From the NCBI GenBank assembly GCA_973895155.1, contig OZ316893.1, positions 25,099,520-25,163,519 on the forward strand: 64,000 nt of DNA. Reading direction: 5' to 3'. Positions 61,750 to 64,000 of the stretch are shown here, one piece after another. Every line of letters begins with the position of its first letter. The first letter of the stretch is position 1. The position numbers were made by a program, and so were the translations under genes. The notes under the pieces were generated by a model. It ran no database searches. It was given only the letters and a program-made list of their open reading frames with translations, and was not told the origin of the DNA. Source of the stretch: Marsupella aquatica. Lineage: Eukaryota > Plantae > Marchantiophyta.

Positions 61750-64000
61750 CTTTAGGGCCCTTGATGACCGTACTCCGACCTCTGGGTCCGAGAATGAGAC
61801 AAAAAGTGACACATATCATGTGGACAAGCAACATCTGCTTTTAGGCGGCATATTTGGGAATGTTGAGGGCCCTAGGGCATGTACATGGTCCTTAAAAAAC
61901 TGGCCCTTTTACTCATCCATGTCACCTTATCACTGACTGAGCACTTCATGCCTGACCCACCTCCCAAGGCAGGCCTGACTCAGTCTTCAAGGAAATCTAA
62001 GGGCAAGGGCCACAACGTTTCCAGCCCTTCTTGTCCTGACCTTTACATTCATAACAAACAAAAAACTATATTGAAATTATAATGAAACTCCCATGTGAAA
62101 CTATGTATGTGATGCTCAGATGTAGCATTTGTAAAGATACTCTGGACAAACAAAATCTGCTTTTTGGCATTATGTTTGGGAATGTTGAGGGCTAATGTTT
62201 TTAGGACTTTCCCATGCAGGACAGCCCTACTGGCACTACCTTTTTTGACCCTCAACTTCACACATGGCATGTAGGTACTCACTGAGAATATTGTAGAAAG
62301 TCTTTGCTTGTCCGATAGGGCTTAGAAAAGCCTTACATTGTCCGGCCCTCAAACTGACTCATGGCAAAATACAAGTGAGCTAGAGAACAAAGCCTAACCC
62401 CCTCCCATGCCAGATCAGACCACAATCAATTAGGAGTTACAAGGGCAAGTTACTCTCCTGCCCTTGAGATCCCGATCTCAAATTCCAACATAAAACAAAG
62501 CCCAAAAGGGACCCATGTCATTGTAAGATTTGCCATGTGCCAGGCAACAGATACTGTTGTCCAACAAGATCTACTTTTTCCTAAAGTTTCACGAATACTG
62601 AAGGCCGTATTGTTGAGGACCTTCACATGAGAGTTGGCTCTGAGAGTGTGAGTGGCCTTGAAGAATGCCGCCCTGAAGTTGACTGATGTGAGCATAAAAG
62701 TGAGTGAGAGTTAAACGCTAGACTTGCAAAAGTGTGGAGTTGTAAGGCCACCTGAGCGGACAGCAGGCACCTTCTTGGCAGTTTTGATATTGTTTGGGAT
62801 AACCTTTGTTAACTTGTTGGTTGATCTTTCTTGCTTTTTAGTGAGCAAGACTCTGAATTCATCATGTAAAAATAAGATCCAGAATTATGATTATGTAAAT
62901 GTAAATAAATGATGGAAGTCTAAAGTAAAACAGAATGATAGCAAAATCAACCACTGTCCACATGAAAAAGCGAAAAGTAATGAGTGCAACTAAGTCTACA
63001 CCAATAATTATGCTCAGTGAGTGGAACACTAGCCCTACCCCGTACTTCCTGGTTTTTGATGAGGCTGTTTTTGATGAGGTTGAGGGCGAACTCGTTTTTG
63101 ATGTTGAAGGATGAACATATAAAGTGGGTAAGAGAAAAGACTAGAGATATGCTTAGTAGACCCCTTTTTGGAAAAAGTTTGCTTAATCAACCCCCTCTAT
63201 ACTGTTCCCCAATCTGGACCGTTGATGGACCTTTTGATCTCAAATCTGGACCGTTGATAGACCTCAGGGGGTCGACCAAGTAACAAGTTTCATTTTGGGG
63301 GTTGATCAAGCAAATACCCACTTATATGTTCATCCTTCAACATCAAAAACAATAATACCAATAAGGGAGTCTAGGTGACCTTTATCCTGCCCCGGCATCA
63401 TAAACAAAATAAGGCAAAATGATTACACTGTACACAAACTAGCCGTATCCTTACTGAGTAACCCATCTCTATTGGGGATCAAGGGGGATCAAGGGCTGTA
63501 ACCCTTTGCAGGCCAAGGGGTTCGGAGCTTGTAACCCACTCTAAGGTGACTGGGCTGCCATTCACTAAACATCCCTACTATATGATATGCACGGAATAAT
63601 GGACTGGACTGCCACATTACATACTCTGGCCATGCCAGAAGTCCCCTATTGTTAACTTGTCCCCTATAGGAGACCATGGGCCGTAACATCCTCCAGTCCA
63701 ATATTAATGAACCCTTAAAAATCCATTTTTTTGCCAAGGTGACGAATGTCAACCTTGAGTGAAGGATTCCTTATCTAATTTTAGGAAAATTAGATATCAC
63801 GCATTAAATCTCCTTAGAGTTAAGGATAACCCATCAGATTCTGCCTAGTGGGGTCTATGGCTAGATGGGAAAACTGGCTAATCAAAGAGAAAATACTTGA
63901 GAAAGTTTTATCGAAAGTGGTGTAGATTTTTCAGTGTGAGGTGGAATTGGGCAAAATATTTGCCACAAAAAAACGCTGGTTCAGAGCCCATAACCCCTTC
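61750..64000 (-). mobile_element. Degraded LINE-like remnant, interrupted by a small inverted-repeat element
   Basis: Broken Trp/Cys-rich minus-strand frames (LAKKWIFK; TSEHHIHSFTW) reminiscent of the post-RT region of ORF2; local duplication ~61830-61870 / ~62155-62192. Confidence 0.35.
63094..63350. repeat. Inverted repeat with 36-37-bp near-perfect arms enclosing a Mutator-MITE-like core
   Basis: gtttttgatgttgaaggatgaacatataaagtgggta (63094-63130) versus tacccacttatatgttcatccttcaacatcaaaaac (63315-63350); core begins gagatatgctt and contains a duplicated aatctggaccgttgat. Confidence 0.75.

Noticed and set aside
63520-63545. gagcttgtaaccca match to the plant 7SL RNA 5' region
   Set aside because: Only ~14 nt; no further SRP RNA features, and it lies within a LINE-like remnant.

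Overview
Eukaryotic nuclear DNA from a land plant, most likely a liverwort: an embedded mitochondrial fragment carries the 134-nt cox1 exon bounded by the liverwort-type group II introns cox1i44/cox1i178. The window is repeat-rich. It holds two probable intact nuclear genes (a single-exon F-box/LRR gene at 32998-33840 and a multi-exon UCP030365-like gene at ~38855-48994 whose N-terminal half is built from tandemly duplicated phase-0 exons) and an orphan last exon of a YUCCA flavin monooxygenase with a broken splice acceptor. Mobile DNA includes a full-length but inactivated L1-type LINE with an exact 16-bp TSD (52968-60228), several 5'-truncated LINE tails, a family of Mutator-like TIR elements and MITEs, a GC-rich TIR element with an 8-bp TSD, and a long retroelement-type ORF broken only by TAG/TAA stops. 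The most striking structure is a ~1.9-kb mosaic of mitochondrial fragments (trnR-ACG, nad5, atp6, cox1 plus intron maturase) inserted inside one Mutator-like element, with an empty-site sister copy about 3.5 kb away. All calls were made by eye and from recalled family motifs; no database search was run.
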